The notes: generated by a model from the letters alone, not told the origin. 64,000 nucleotides of DNA from Blepharisma stoltei ATCC 30299 (GCA_965603825.1 CBFDEM010000035.1:558001-622000); one strand, 5' to 3'; shown: positions 1-12,345, counted from the stretch's first letter. Numbers and translations: made by a program.

Positions 1-175
1 TGCTCCCTCATGAAGTTTGGAAAGGCTCATTGTTATTAGAAGATAAGTCTTTGATCTTCCCATCTACTAGATTGTTTGGGGTAAAAACCCATTTTGCTAT
101 AGGAGAATAAGCAGTAATACCAATGGAAAGACAGAAAATAACAAAGCATGCTTTTAGTTTGGTCAAGCTTGCCAT
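1..175 (-). CDS. 5' end of a secreted protein, possibly LamG/concanavalin-like (truncated by window edge)
   Basis: ATG at 175 reads MASLTKLKACFVIFCLSIGITAYSPIAKWVFTPNNLVDGKIKDLSSNNNEPFQTS(TGA=W)GS. Signal-peptide-like start, then a W-x-F...D-L-S-x-N pattern typical of LamG-like N-termini. Confidence 0.6.
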
Positions 176-1369
176 TTAATAATTATATCCGTACACATAA
201 ATAGGGATTATCGAAATAAATTTTAAAAAACGGATATAAAAGCCAGTTCTTAGAGCTCTAAAAAGGGATGAGACTTGAAAAAGACTTTAAAAATTAATAA
301 TTTCAAATAAAAGCGCGCATAAGCACGTTCCATCGAAAATAAATCGTTACTTTTTTTGATGTTTCGAATATAGGTAACTTCTTCGAAACGACAATGAAGA
401 GTTCGAATCTATTAAAGAGCACTGAAAAATTAAAAGCCAGTGGCTTAGCCTAAACTAAAAAATTAAGTCAGTCACTGCTATAAATATGTAATAATTTAAT
501 TTGGTTATCTGATAATCTAGCCTCTAAATGCCAGCTCAATGAGGGCATTTTCTCGCTACCCTAGATTGTTCATAAATCTGTGACTCGATTCTAGCTTCAT
601 TTAGGTTATTTAATAACCCAGAAATTCTGAAAATTCAAGCGGCCTTACTTGTCCACTTTCCTCCTGCACCTGCTTGGTCTTAGGGTCTCGCAGTATCAAG
701 CACAGGAAGAGGTAAAACGCAATGAATGAAAGATACTGAATAGTCTTTGCCATTTCTTTCCTATCAGACATAAATCATGCACAAAAACCTAACCCTATAA
801 TAAAAGTTCGGTAAGGAAATTCATGCAGTGGATCTTCTATTTTATTTTTATCATGCTATAATTTTAATAGCTTTTTAAGTCAACGATCAATAAGTTTTGG
901 CTCTTAAGTTAAAGTAGCACAAATACCTAAATGGAAGCTTAGATCAATTATTCCGAAATACTAGAAATAATTTTTATTCAGTTGACTTATTTTAACCATC
1001 ATCTCAACTAAATGCAAACTTTCTGAATAAAATCTATGTGTAAAAGAAATCTCCATAAAGGTCATCCTGAAATAAAGTTGTGAATGGATTTAAAATTATG
1101 AACTGAAGCCACAATAAGGCTAAAATGTAAATTATATCTCACCTATAGTCATATAATGATGCTCGGTTTTCAATCTTTTATACGCTTACAAAATTATTTG
1201 TTTGCAGTATCGCACCTATCCTTAAGCTTGAAAAAATATGCAAGGTTAGATTAAATTATGGAAACTTTTATAAAGATTGTATTTTAATATGCTCACAGCT
1301 TATGGCCTTTAATGAGTTTTTTTCTTCAAATAGCACTATTGAAGTTTGAGCTCTATGCAATTATAAACA

Positions 1370-1759
1370 TTAAAGAAATGATGAAAGTTCTTTTGAAGAA
1401 GAAGCAAAAAAGCTTGAAAACTAGAGAGAAGGAAGACGAAATGAATCAGAAAACTAAAAAACTAAATAAACTAGAAAAAATATTGCAGCTGATGTATGTA
1501 ATCTTAAAATAAGAGAAGAAGAAATTGAGGTAAGAGAAAAGGAGTGCAAAGAAAAGACGTTGGTGCTATTAAATAAAGAAAAATACTAGAGCTAAAAGTA
1601 AAAGAAGTAAACAATTTGGTACTGCAACTTAATGATAATATAAGAAAAGCGAACCCTAGCCAGTCGCAGCTTCAAAAAGATTAATTTTTGGAAAATGCAT
1701 TTGAAACATGCCAGCCTGATAATAACTACAGATTAAACAATATTTTATTTGATATATAA
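1370..1759 (+). pseudogene. Frameshifted coiled-coil protein relic (copy A)
   Basis: K/E-rich reading (TREKEDEMNQK / NLKIREEEIEVREKECKEK / ELKVKEVNNL) hops between frames, with TAG/TAA stops. A more decayed homolog lies at ~4915-5160. Confidence 0.5.
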
Positions 1760-3090
1760 GGAATTTTAACAGTTTTAATTTTTTCAATTTAAATTAAATA
1801 ATCACAAATAGTTAAATGGCTTTTTAAACCCTAAAAATGTCTTTAGATTCCATTTAAAGATGCCAAATTTCTATCTATAATATTAGAATACCTTGCTTAA
1901 TAAAAATCAAAACATTTTCTTAAACATATAATATATTATTTTAAAATTAAAAACATTTTTAATATAGTTCATGTCTCCCTTTTAAAAATATTGTAAAAAA
2001 TTATAAAGTCTTTATTTAAGTACTTCTGAATTTCGGTATAAACAAAAAAATACTCAAAATAGAATAACTTTATGAAAAACCCAAGTGTGTGAATTAATTC
2101 TTAGTTTAATCATATAAAATATATATCCTATAAAAATTCTGTAAAATGAACCTTATCGATTCTGAGGGAACTGAGGCTAATTATTATCTTTAAATTGTTT
2201 AGTCTTATATATGCACTCATAATATCATACAATAAGAAAAATTTTGCCTCTCCTTCTAAAAGTAAAGTTGTAATACTCTGGAAATAAAATTCCATTTGCA
2301 TATCTCTAAACTGATTAATTAATCGCCAATATTTCAATTGAATGTTTAAACGAAATAAATCCATTAACCTAGCTATCGTTTTGCAGAATTATTAAGAAAT
2401 GGCGTTAAGCAAAATAAATGTTAGTTAATATGGATATTAGATCTTTTTTCTGCAAAATGGCTCCTATGCTAAATGAAAATCTCATAACTGAATATGCTAA
2501 TATTCAAAGAAAAGCGATAAGCCTCTAATTTAGCTGTAATCTATAATTAGGGGCTGCTTAGAGAGCATTTTGCATGATAAATAACGAACACACTTTTAAA
2601 AGTTTATATTTTATTTAAAATCTCTATAAGAGAGGGTAATAAGAATTCTTGTTTCGACTGATAATTTATGGGTGGTAGCTCAATGCTTACGGCTTGAAAT
2701 TCGTTGGAAGTTTTTTCAATTTTTTTCTTTAATGTTTTATTTATAGTTTCCTCTGGATGTGACTCGATGTAATTTTCAAGTACTTCGCATGTGGCTTCAT
2801 GCTCTCGTGCGTGAATCACCACTTGACTTCTTTGTCTGTATTGCTTCTTGCATATTCCACATGCAAACGGTTTTACTCCTCTGTGTTTGTTTAAATGCTC
2901 TCGCAGATTTTGTTTGCTTGCAAGTGTTTGCTGACAATAATGACAGATGAATTTCTTTGCCTTCAAGTGAGCAACGTCAATGTGGTGCTTTAAATTCGAT
3001 CTGGTAGTGTACTCATTGTGGCAACCATTGTACATGCAACAGTAGAGCTGTATCACTTTAAAGTTTTTCATATTGATATTTTATTATATA
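1455..3090. repeat. Segmental duplication copy A (relic + spacer + C2H2 gene)
   Basis: Collinear similarity to ~4915-6650, e.g. TAAAAATTCTGTAAAATGAAC, TTTTGCAGAATTATTAAGAAATGGC and AAGCCTCTAATTTAGCT occur in both. Confidence 0.9.
2604..3071 (-). CDS. C2H2 zinc-finger protein (3 fingers), paralog 1
   Basis: CxxxxC..HxxxxH and two CxxC..HxxxH fingers with HRGVKPF linker; 155 aa. Confidence 0.92.
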   Translation of the reverse strand: MKNFKVIQLYCCMYNGCHNEYTTRSNLKHHIDVAHLKAKKFICHYCQQTLASKQNLREHLNKHRGVKPFACGICKKQYRQRSQVVIHAREHEATCEVLENYIESHPEETINKTLKKKIEKTSNEFQAVSIELPPINYQSKQEFLLPSLIEILNKI

Positions 3091-4019
3091 CCCATATTTA
3101 TATATCAGTTGGCATCGATGATCTACTCTCCTATTTATGGGTGTTAACATGCATATTTAAATTATATTACTAAGATTTTTTTTCTTGTATTGTAGTAAAA
3201 TACATTGCTCTTCCCCTTTAAAATACGTTTACTGTATATTGGTGAAAGCTATCAAATTTTTACTTTCTCGTAATTGTTCAAGAACAATTTGAAAATATCC
3301 TTATATGCACTACTATAGCTTTCTTTGATGATTTTTAATAACTATAATTTCAATTAAATAATTATCTTGCTTCTTAAAAATTTATAGGCCCTCGTGGTCT
3401 AAGAAATTCAATTAATAAGCTTTAGTTAATTTAAATTAATTGTTTAATATATCTAAAATAGCATATATTCGACGTAAACAATCTTTTCATCATTGCTTTT
3501 TACATGATATTACTCTCAACAATTCACTTAATACTGAAATTAAACGATAAGTAAAATGGTGCTAATAGGGAAAATAGTCACTAAAATTCTAAGTTTTTCG
3601 TTTGGATTGTCAAAAATAAATTCGTAGACCTCATCTTTTTATCAATAATGAAGTAATCAAATTATTTAATCCACTTTAGCATCAACTCATTAAATAAATT
3701 CTCATGTTGAATTTTTTCTTTGATTTTATAATACCTCTTGGTTTCAACAACTTGAGGAAAAGGTAATTACAAAATAAAAGGGTCGATAAATAATACCTCA
3801 TCAGTCAGACCATTTGCCAAATCTAGATGCATAATTATTAAAAAAGCATTTATTATAATCTAGATCGATGTCAAGTCTTAGCATATTTTTTTAGCCTTTA
3901 TCACCTTGTAAATATATTTTTGATGTATTTATCTGCTATCCGGCTTTTTTTCCATGCTTTATTCAATTTCCTTCGAAAAAGTACAATTTTATGCATCTTA
4001 AATCTTCCCTAATAGATTC

Positions 4020-4712
4020 AGTAAGCATTTGCCCTTTGCAAGCATAATTGTAATCCCTTATATATAGGTATTGTGGTGGGCGGCTTAATTTTTGTTGTAC
4101 TTTTGGTGCCAGATTCCTATATATGCCATTTTTAGGGCTTTTTTGCGAAAGCCAAAACTAATAGGCAATAGGGAAGCACCCTCAGTATGCTCTCTTTTAC
4201 CCAACAATTTAAATCGACTTTAGACCTATTGTAGATATAAATGTTTATTATCAAAACAAAAAGGTCCAATAGGTCTCCAAAAGCTATGATGGTATGACCC
4301 GCTTTAGGAAGTAAGCCATGATAAAAGATTTGTTTTCCGATATAGATTTCATAGTGAGCTGAGCTTTATTTTTGGTATGGGACCAGATTATAATATACAC
4401 CATTTTCTTCACTTTTGCTAAGGCAGAAATCAATAAGCTTTAGACAGACATTTCTAATGTGCACTGTTTTTGCCCAAAATATAAGAGGTCTATTGTGTCA
4501 AAACAAAAAGCCCAATAAGTCTCCAGCAAGTTATGATGGTTTGACTCATTTTGGGCAGTAAGCACCTGCTAAAAAGATCTTTCTTCTAATATAGGTTTGG
4601 TGGTTGGTTGAGCTTTATTTTGCAAGGATTTCAGGCTTGAGTGGGATTCCCACATACGCCATTTTTCGGACTTTTTGCTAAGGCCAAAATCAATAAGCAA
4701 TAGGAAGACTAT
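4020..4712. repeat. Degenerate ~260-275 bp tandem repeat, about 2.5 units
   Basis: CCATTTT..CTTTT(T)GC anchors at 4126, 4400 and 4659; TCAAAACAAAAAG at 4251 and 4498; TGAGCTTTATTTT at 4360 and 4609; GTAAGC at 4021, 4311 and 4558. Confidence 0.8.
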
Positions 4713-4914
4713 CCTCTTTTCATCAGCCACTCTCTGACAAATATTAATATTTTATAAATACTTATTTAAGTAAACAGAAAATATTTCTGAGGAAGTTTCG
4801 TTACTAAGCCTTACATTAATCCAATCTAGATGAGGCATTGAGCCCCGTCTATTTGCCAGTCCTAATTTTCATCAGCTGGGCCATTTCCTTCATTGGAAGA
4901 GTTTGAAAATTTGC

Positions 4915-6650
4915 TTAAAAAAATTAGATAAATCGGAAAAATATAGCAGCTGATGCATCCTAAATTAAGGGAAGAAAATTTGAAGTAAGGGAAAAGGAAT
5001 CCAAAGAAAAAGCGATGATGATCTTGAGCAAAAAAATATTTAAAAGCAAAAAATCTATTAGTTCATTTGAATTATATCAGAAAAGCAATCCCAGCCAGTC
5101 ACATATTTAAAGATGATTTTTTGAAAATGCTTTTAAGACTAATTTTATTTGATCTATAAGGGCATTTTAAATAATTTTGATTTGCAGTATTAAGTTTTTT
5201 TGCATGAATAAATTTTTAATAATTATAAAAGTAGCTGAATAGTTATTTTTAACATGTTTTTAGAACTAAGAATTTCGTTAGCTACAATTTAAAAAATTTA
5301 AAAGTGTTAAATCATAGAATGACTCATCTTATGAAGATCAAATCATTTTCGAAATATAAATGCTTTGATAATTCTAATTAAATTTATATTAGCAAACTTC
5401 ATACCGCCCTTTTTAAAATTTTTAAAATTATAATAGCTTTATTTAAACACTTCAGAAATTAGTTATCATCAAAGTAAAAACTGGATTTTGAATATTTTTA
5501 TATAAAAAACAGATAAAATAAGCTAATTTACTGTTTAATCATATAAAATATATTCATTGTAAAAATTCTGTAAAATGAACTTTAACGATTTTAAGAGTAT
5601 TGAGGCTAATTTTTATTCTTAGATTGTTTAGTTTTATGTGTGCTCTCATGAAATTAAAAATGGACGAATGATTCGAGATAAAGAATCGCTGTTTTTTAAT
5701 ACTACTGAAATAAAATTTCCTTTTGTGTGATCCCGAAATTGATATTGCAGCCTTTATAATTGCTCGCTGCTAATATACTTTATGTACCTTAGCTAATCTA
5801 TATCGTTTGCCATCATCCACTATAATTCCAGATAATGTTGCCATCGCTATATGAGTTTTTAATTTTCTGTTCAAAAGGTCTTTTGAGGAGACCTCAAAAG
5901 AAACCACTTAAATTCTCCTATAAGCACAACTGTTATTTTGCAGAATTATTAAGAAATGGCATTAATCAAAATAAAAGTTAGTTATTATGGCTTATAGACC
6001 TTTTTTCTGCAAAATGGCACATATTTAAATTGAAAATTTTATAACTTAACTAGTTGATATTCAAAGAAAAGTGCCCAAGCCTCTAATTTAGCTATAATCT
6101 ATACTTATAGGCTGCTTGGAAAGAATTTTGCATTATATATAATGAGCACAATTTTAACAGATTAAATTTTATTTAAAATCTCTGTAAGAGAGGGTAATAA
6201 GAATTCTTGTCTTAGCTGATAATTTATAAGTGGCAGCTCGATATTCATAGCTTGAAACTCATTAGAAGTTTTTTCTATTTTTTTCTTTAGCAGTTTATTT
6301 ATAGTTTCCTCTGGATGTGATTCGATATAATTTTCGAGTACTTCGCATATAACTCCATGCTCTCTTGAGTGAATCAGCACTTGGCTTCTTTGTCTGTATT
6401 GTTTCTTGCATATTCCACATGCAAACGGCTTTACTCCTCTGTGTCTGTTTAAATGTTCTCGCAGGTTTTGTTTGCTTGCAAGTGTTTGCTGGCAAACATG
6501 ACAAATAAATTTCTTTGCTTTCAAGTGAGCAACGTCAATATGATGTTTTAAATTAGATCTGGTAGTGTATTCATTGTGGCAACCATTGTACATGCAACAG
6601 TAGAGCTCCATAACCTTAAAGTTTTTCATTAATTATTATATTTATAATAG
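4915..6650. repeat. Segmental duplication copy B
   Basis: Matches 1455-3090, with an unrelated replacement/insertion at ~5745-5930. Confidence 0.9.
6162..6629 (-). CDS. C2H2 zinc-finger protein, paralog 2
   Basis: Same length (155 aa) and roughly 90% identical to 2604-3071. Confidence 0.92.
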   Translation of the reverse strand: MKNFKVMELYCCMYNGCHNEYTTRSNLKHHIDVAHLKAKKFICHVCQQTLASKQNLREHLNRHRGVKPFACGICKKQYRQRSQVLIHSREHGVICEVLENYIESHPEETINKLLKKKIEKTSNEFQAMNIELPLINYQLRQEFLLPSLTEILNKI

Positions 6651-8524
6651 TGGCATATTTTTTATTCCTAAATCATAATAATAATTCACTTTTTCCAGAA
6701 TTTCTAGATAACTATCGATTCGATATCGAAAATTAAAGCTTTTTGAAAGAAAATTTCTCAATTGTAGAGCGAAATTGCAACAATAGAAAACGGCTAAAGA
6801 AAAGAAAAATATATGTTAATTTAGAAAAGATAATTAAGAATAGCGGAATTTATAAGGTGTTTATTATGAAATGAACTAAAAAAATCATTAAGAATTGCAT
6901 TAAATTTTCATAGAAAGAGTATAAGAGGAATTTTTAGGTAAAATGAATCCAAATATGACTAGGGTTAGGCTAAAAGCAGTAAAATGAATAAGATTTAAGA
7001 AAAATTGTGGAGATCAATGCAAATAACCTTTGCTCAATTCTTTTAATATAAAATTGCCTTATAATTCACTTAACAATATGCAAAATAGGTATTAACAAGG
7101 CAAAAATCTATAGTTAAATATCGCCTTAAAACAGAATTATTTAGGACTCGTAAAAAAGCGATTCTTATAGAGCACAAAATATTCACTGCTATTTTCATGA
7201 ATAAATATTTATAATGATATTTACTACCTTTAATACCAATAGAAATCAAAATAGCTTTTAGCGAGAGCTCTCTACGTTAAGTTGGAATATTTAATACTAT
7301 ATCCTCTATAGAATAAGTAAGTTTTTCTTGAATTCAAAGAAACTATCTAAGCATCATATATTTATCAATAAGAAGATGTAAAAACAATATTTGTTTATAT
7401 TTTAATTTTAATCCCTTTAATAAATTCTAATGATAAAGAATCATAGAAATTCTTAAAAGATCATGATTCTTTAATTTTTTGAATTTATGATGCATTTTCA
7501 TTAGTAAATTGATGAAAAGAAAATGATCTTAAAGCGCAAATATAGGAGGACTGATAAATAGCATTTCATCAATCCAAAAAATTTTAAATCTATATTAAAG
7601 ATAATTAATAAAGTTTTAATTAATATTGTAAAGACATAGATAATTTTAACAACAACTTATTCAAGCCTGGTAAAAAATATAATTAGTTTGACTTTTAACA
7701 AAGATAAGCTGAATATTTTAAAAATGAGAATTACTTCCTAATGCAAATTCTAGTAGATTTAAATAAAATTTTCAGCAAATTTGTGGAATTACTTATTATA
7801 TTATTATCTCTTAGGGTTTTACTCTATTTTTATTTATTTAAATGCAAGAATTGCCACTTTTATATTTATATGGATTTCAAACGGTACATGTTTTAAATTT
7901 GAATGCCATCTTAAACTAACCCCACGCCCTTCCAATGCCAAATTGTCCTTTTAGTCGAATCATTTTCAATTGGATAATGCAAGAAAGAACTAGCAGCTTT
8001 CGTTATTGCGAGGCAAAGAAACAGCAGAAACTTAGGTATGTGCGCTGCCCTTTTTATATATAGAAACCACTGGGCAGGGCATTGATGACAAAAAGATACA
8101 TTTAACAGTCCAAAGAGAAAGGCTTAAAAAGTGGCTTTGGATCACTTCTATCGCTTTTAAGATACAGACATGCTGGTCCATAAATATACCTCAAAAACAA
8201 AGGGATATGCCGCTCACCTCAGTGATTTTATTATGCATTGAAACTAATAATTGAAAATCAATTTCTATTGCAATAATTTTCAATATATTTATTGGAGAAT
8301 CTAATTAGTATTGAAAATATTATAGTTGTGAAATAAAATTAAAAATTAATAAAGCTTATTTCATGAAAAGCAGCTAAGCAGCATTTTTAATTTTGATAGA
8401 AATTGCATTAAATAAAAAATTTAAATTACGTCAGTTAGAAGCTAATGTTTTAGTAAATAATGATACATAAAATATAATTATGATTCATCACTATTATAAA
8501 TTGACTAATATTTAACGATTATAC

Positions 8525-9097
8525 TTATTCCAACTTCTTCGGATATATAACTTGTAGCATTTGGGACTCCAAAGCGACAGCTGCCATATAGCAAATAGCT
8601 ACCCAGCCAGTTAAGAAAATCCCAGCAGGGCTTCTCCCCAATAGAGCATATCCAAAGAAAGTGCCTGTAGATCCCCAATACATCGGGTCATTACAAACAC
8701 TAAATGGGAAGCACGTTAATGGTCCATCAAATAGAGAAATTCCAAAATAATCTCCATAATAGGTTCCTACTATTCCTAATCTGTAAACTGATGCACACAC
8801 AAAGAATTGTCCAATCATTATTAAAGCGTATGAAGCCACATCAAGTGCAAAGCTGTCAATGTCCATTTGTGGCTCTTTCTCAATGGCCTCATGAAAAGCA
8901 AAACCGCGAACTAAATTTAGAGTGAAAATAATCGCTCCAAATAATGCTACGGCTGCCCTCTTGTGACCAAAGAATAATTTGGATATTCCTTTAGTGTGGA
9001 ATTCAAATCTGGCAATAATAGTCCAGAGGAATGGACTTAAAGCTGTAAACAGCATTGAGTTCAGCAAAGCAGGTTGGCTGTACTCGATCCACTCCAT
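8525..9097 (-). CDS. PEMT: Phosphatidyl-N-methylethanolamine methyltransferase (PEMT/Opi3 family)
   Basis: LGIVGTYYGDYFGI and FPFSVCNDPMYWGST signature motifs; 4-5 TM segments. Confidence 0.93.
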   Translation of the reverse strand: MEWIEYSQPALLNSMLFTALSPFLWTIIARFEFHTKGISKLFFGHKRAAVALFGAIIFTLNLVRGFAFHEAIEKEPQMDIDSFALDVASYALIMIGQFFVCASVYRLGIVGTYYGDYFGISLFDGPLTCFPFSVCNDPMYWGSTGTFFGYALLGRSPAGIFLTGWVAICYMAAVALESQMLQVIYPKKLE

Positions 9098-9436
9098 ATT
9101 TTATAAACATGTGGGGAATTAGGTGAATTATTAGCTATTTAAAGCTTATTTAGGATATATATGCAAAATAATGAATATAGAAAGATCAATTTTTATATCA
9201 AGGGTATTTTTATATGATTATTTTAACTATGGAACATTCTAGATTTTCATATAAATTCATTTATATAGCATAGAAATGGCTTTAAATATAATGATATATA
9301 GTAATTTTATGTTCATTTTATTGAATTTATATAGAACTTATATAATCTATAATCTTTTTGCTTTATTATTTTAATTTTCTTGGCTTCAATTTAAAATACT
9401 TTTATGAAAAGAAAGGTATAATCTTAATTTTATATA

Positions 9437-10132
9437 ATGTGGTGGCTTGCTATTTTAATCGTCGTCGAAGCATCTCCTAGTGAGGACGCAGTCAATTATT
9501 TAAACGAAGTCTATAAGCTGAAAGTCACCGGCGGGAACGAAAGCTTGTTCATTTGGGCAGAATCTCTTTCAGAAGAGCACATCGACGATATTTACAATTC
9601 CATAATCGTCCTCAACAACACCCTTACCCTCGGGCTTGAGCTACATTATCTTCAATTCTCCTTCCTCGACAATTCCTCAGCTATCCACCTAATCCAGCAC
9701 CAAAACCCTGACTACACAAAAATTTTGGAACCAAAATCAGAAGAAATCACGTCAAAGTTTCTCAAAGAAATATCAGGACATCCACATGGAGTTACCCTAC
9801 AAAGCTCAAAAACCCAAACAATTGAGCACGGGGATAAGACTTTTGCAATAAATGAAAATATTTTGACAGCAGAAAAATCAACATATAAATTTTACATAAT
9901 TTCGAATTCCACGTCAAAAGTAAGCACTTATCATTGGCAAGTTTATGGAGTTACTACAAAATCTAGTGAGACAAGCAATACAAAACTTATCATCACTGTG
10001 GTTTTCACTTTTATTATAACAAGCTCATTGACTGTACTGGGAGTCTGCTATTATTGGAAGAAAAATAAGTCTTTTCCATTTTTACAAATGAAGGATGAGG
10101 TAAGCGCTCCACAAGCGAAGCTACAGTTATAA
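9437..10132 (+). CDS. Type I membrane protein of unknown function
   Basis: Short signal peptide, C-terminal TM helix (LIITVVFTFIITSSLTVLGVCYYW) followed by KKNK. Confidence 0.8.
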   Translation: MWWLAILIVVEASPSEDAVNYLNEVYKLKVTGGNESLFIWAESLSEEHIDDIYNSIIVLNNTLTLGLELHYLQFSFLDNSSAIHLIQHQNPDYTKILEPKSEEITSKFLKEISGHPHGVTLQSSKTQTIEHGDKTFAINENILTAEKSTYKFYIISNSTSKVSTYHWQVYGVTTKSSETSNTKLIITVVFTFIITSSLTVLGVCYYWKKNKSFPFLQMKDEVSAPQAKLQL

Positions 10133-10187
10133 TTAAGATCTAAGTAATTATACAAAGCCCTTAAAATTAAAGTGATAAATGCTTGCT

Positions 10188-11609
10188 TTATTTACCTCTT
10201 GGCCTTTTTTGAGGTAAATTTCTGGCAGGAGTCAGATCGATTTCGTAATCTTTTAACCATATATTAGCCTTTCGTTCCCTTTTTGGGTATTTTTTGTCAG
10301 GCATTGGATTGGTATACTTTGGAGAAGTCTTGTGAGTAATTGTGCTTGAAGTTTTTGCAGGCTTAGGGGCATCTTTTCTTGCTTTAGAAGGCTGTAAATC
10401 AGGGTTATTAGTGGCTTTAGGAGGTTTTCTTGGAACCTTTGTAGATGGACTAATAGGAGATTTTTTCGCTTGAGGAGTTTTTGCTGGGGATTCAGCTATA
10501 GGTATATTGTTTTCTAACAATTGATTAGTGTTATTGCTATTTCTTGCCGCTCTGCTTGCTTTTCTAGTTATCTTAGGTGCAGGGGAAGCTGGGATAGAGG
10601 CTTTCGCGTTATTTTTGGGTTTATTTTGAGGGCCAGCTAGTTTAGGTGTTATCAAAGAACTTCTCGTTGAAACTACTTTACTAGCCTTACCATCTTTAAT
10701 TTTACGTTGTCTTGTGGGTGTTTTGCTTGGTATAACTCTAACACTCTTATCTTCATCAATTCTCCTTAGTTTTGCTGGAGCACTATCTTTATAATCCTTT
10801 AGTAGGCTCTTGCTCAAGAATATATTGACACCTTTGTTTACTCTTTCACCTGAAGAGTATTGATTAATAATATTTTTGAGTTCCCATCTTCCTCTCTCAA
10901 TCTCTTCTATTTTAAATAAATCAGAAAAATCTTTTTTGGTATTGGCAGAATCAAATTTTGTTGGAGCACGCATGAAGACCTTAGCAAAAAATATCAAATA
11001 CACCCCACAATCAAATAGATTTTCTTGCTGCGGCACTCTTACTGCTATCAATGGTACTTCCTTTTCTGGAATTTCACAGTAATCTTCATTATTAAGAGTT
11101 GCCCATGCATTTGCTATAAAATACCTCACATTCTCTCCAAGATCTTCTTCTATAATATTCAACGAATCAAACAGCAAAATCTGGGGCCTCTTTTGCTTTC
11201 CTTTTCTATTTTTTAAGAAAATGCATTTTGGATAGCAAACTACAAGTAACACCCAATGATTATTAATGGCTAAAGGGATAACCCAATAATCCTTATCAAA
11301 AATTTCTTTTTCATTAACCCACTTAGCGATCTTTTCATACCCATCATTTTCCAGCGTTTTGTAAAAAAAGCTATTGAAGACGTGAATACTTTTTCTTTCA
11401 CTTTCATTGAGAAAGTACAATAGAAAGAAGTCAACTACGTTATCATTTAAATACTGTTTAGGATTAAGTCTAGAGTAGTCTGATTCTTTTATTGGAATGC
11501 AAGATTTTATTTTGTATGTCATGATTACAGGGTCATTGCTGTAGTTGCAGATATTTTCTTTTTCAGAGTCGTCACTGCTTGAGTCTATTTCAAAGACTTC
11601 TATATCCAT
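10188..11609 (-). CDS. Ulp1/SENP-family SUMO protease (C48) with basic low-complexity tail
   Basis: YLNDNVVDFF, HWVL (His), FDSL (Asp), PQQENLFDCG (Gln/Cys). First ATG is at 11609; the track start is TTG. Confidence 0.9.
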   Translation of the reverse strand: MDIEVFEIDSSSDDSEKENICNYSNDPVIMTYKIKSCIPIKESDYSRLNPKQYLNDNVVDFFLLYFLNESERKSIHVFNSFFYKTLENDGYEKIAKWVNEKEIFDKDYWVIPLAINNHWVLLVVCYPKCIFLKNRKGKQKRPQILLFDSLNIIEEDLGENVRYFIANAWATLNNEDYCEIPEKEVPLIAVRVPQQENLFDCGVYLIFFAKVFMRAPTKFDSANTKKDFSDLFKIEEIERGRWELKNIINQYSSGERVNKGVNIFLSKSLLKDYKDSAPAKLRRIDEDKSVRVIPSKTPTRQRKIKDGKASKVVSTRSSLITPKLAGPQNKPKNNAKASIPASPAPKITRKASRAARNSNNTNQLLENNIPIAESPAKTPQAKKSPISPSTKVPRKPPKATNNPDLQPSKARKDAPKPAKTSSTITHKTSPKYTNPMPDKKYPKRERKANIWLKDYEIDLTPARNLPQKRPRGK

Positions 11610-12193
11610 GTTTAATAATTTTATTGAAGTGTTATTTTGTGAGTGTAAAGCCAATGCATTTATGGATTAAGAAATTAAATTTAAGGTAGTTTAGGCTTAT
11701 TGCTTATTTATTAAAGTTTGTAAGTAAAACATTTGATTTTTGTTTTATTCAACAGAGAAGTGGCAATTTTTTATAAAATTAGATTGTCTTGTATTATTTG
11801 TGTAATATTACCTTGGATAATCGATTTTTTTGATTATAGTCCATTGACTATTTTAAGACAACTGCATTTTATATCATTCTTGCTAAGCAAGTTCCAAAAC
11901 CCAATAAACATTTCAAATTCGTAATTAAACTGCACTAAAAATTTCACGCGCGCACTTAGCAGGACTATTATCTGCAGCCTATATATAGGATAAAAATTAT
12001 TTTCAGCCTGCTTTAAAAATTGCCTCAAAAATTAAAAATTTGCTTTTGAGCAATTAAGCATAATGAAAAATTATGACCTCAACAATGAAAAACCCTGCTG
12101 CAAAATTTATCAAAAATTAATAAAAGTAAAGCCATATCAGCTCGATTATTATTTGTTCATCTGAGTCCATATTAGCTTATTATAATTTTAATG

Positions 12194-12254
12194 GTGATGA
12201 TCACTACGCTGGAATTACCAACTGCATCCAGATGAAAACTAGATCGCTAACTGA
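12194..12254 (+). ncRNA. snR77: Box C/D snoRNA 1, snR77/SNORD65-like (18S Um578 yeast / Um627 human site)
   Basis: C GTGATGA 12194; guide GCTGGAATTACC 12208-12219 complementary to 18S GGUAAUUCCAGC; D' CTGC 12222; C' CAGATGA; D CTGA 12251. D'+5 falls on the U of GCGGUAAUUCC. Confidence 0.85.
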
Positions 12255-12271
12255 TTTTTATAGAGCTCTAA

Positions 12272-12326
12272 ATGATGACAACTGTTCAGTTCTGCTTCAG
12301 AATCTTGACGACATTTACTGTCCTGA
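12272..12326 (+). ncRNA. U38: Box C/D snoRNA 2, U38/snR61-like (LSU Am1133 yeast site)
   Basis: C ATGATGA 12272; guide CAGTTCTGCTT 12287-12297 complementary to LSU AAGCAGAACUG; D' CAGA 12298; C' TTGACGA; D CTGA 12323. Same guide register as U38. Confidence 0.85.
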
Positions 12327-12345
12327 ACAATTTTATTCATTTACC

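Noticed and set aside
7900-8240. GC-richer island with short frames and a lone TTGATGA
   Set aside because: No coherent ORF, no matching D box or rRNA guide; an unidentifiable relic at best.
12129-12186. Possible single-hairpin H/ACA RNA upstream of the C/D cluster
   Set aside because: Weak stem, no ACA box and no recognisable pseudouridylation pocket.
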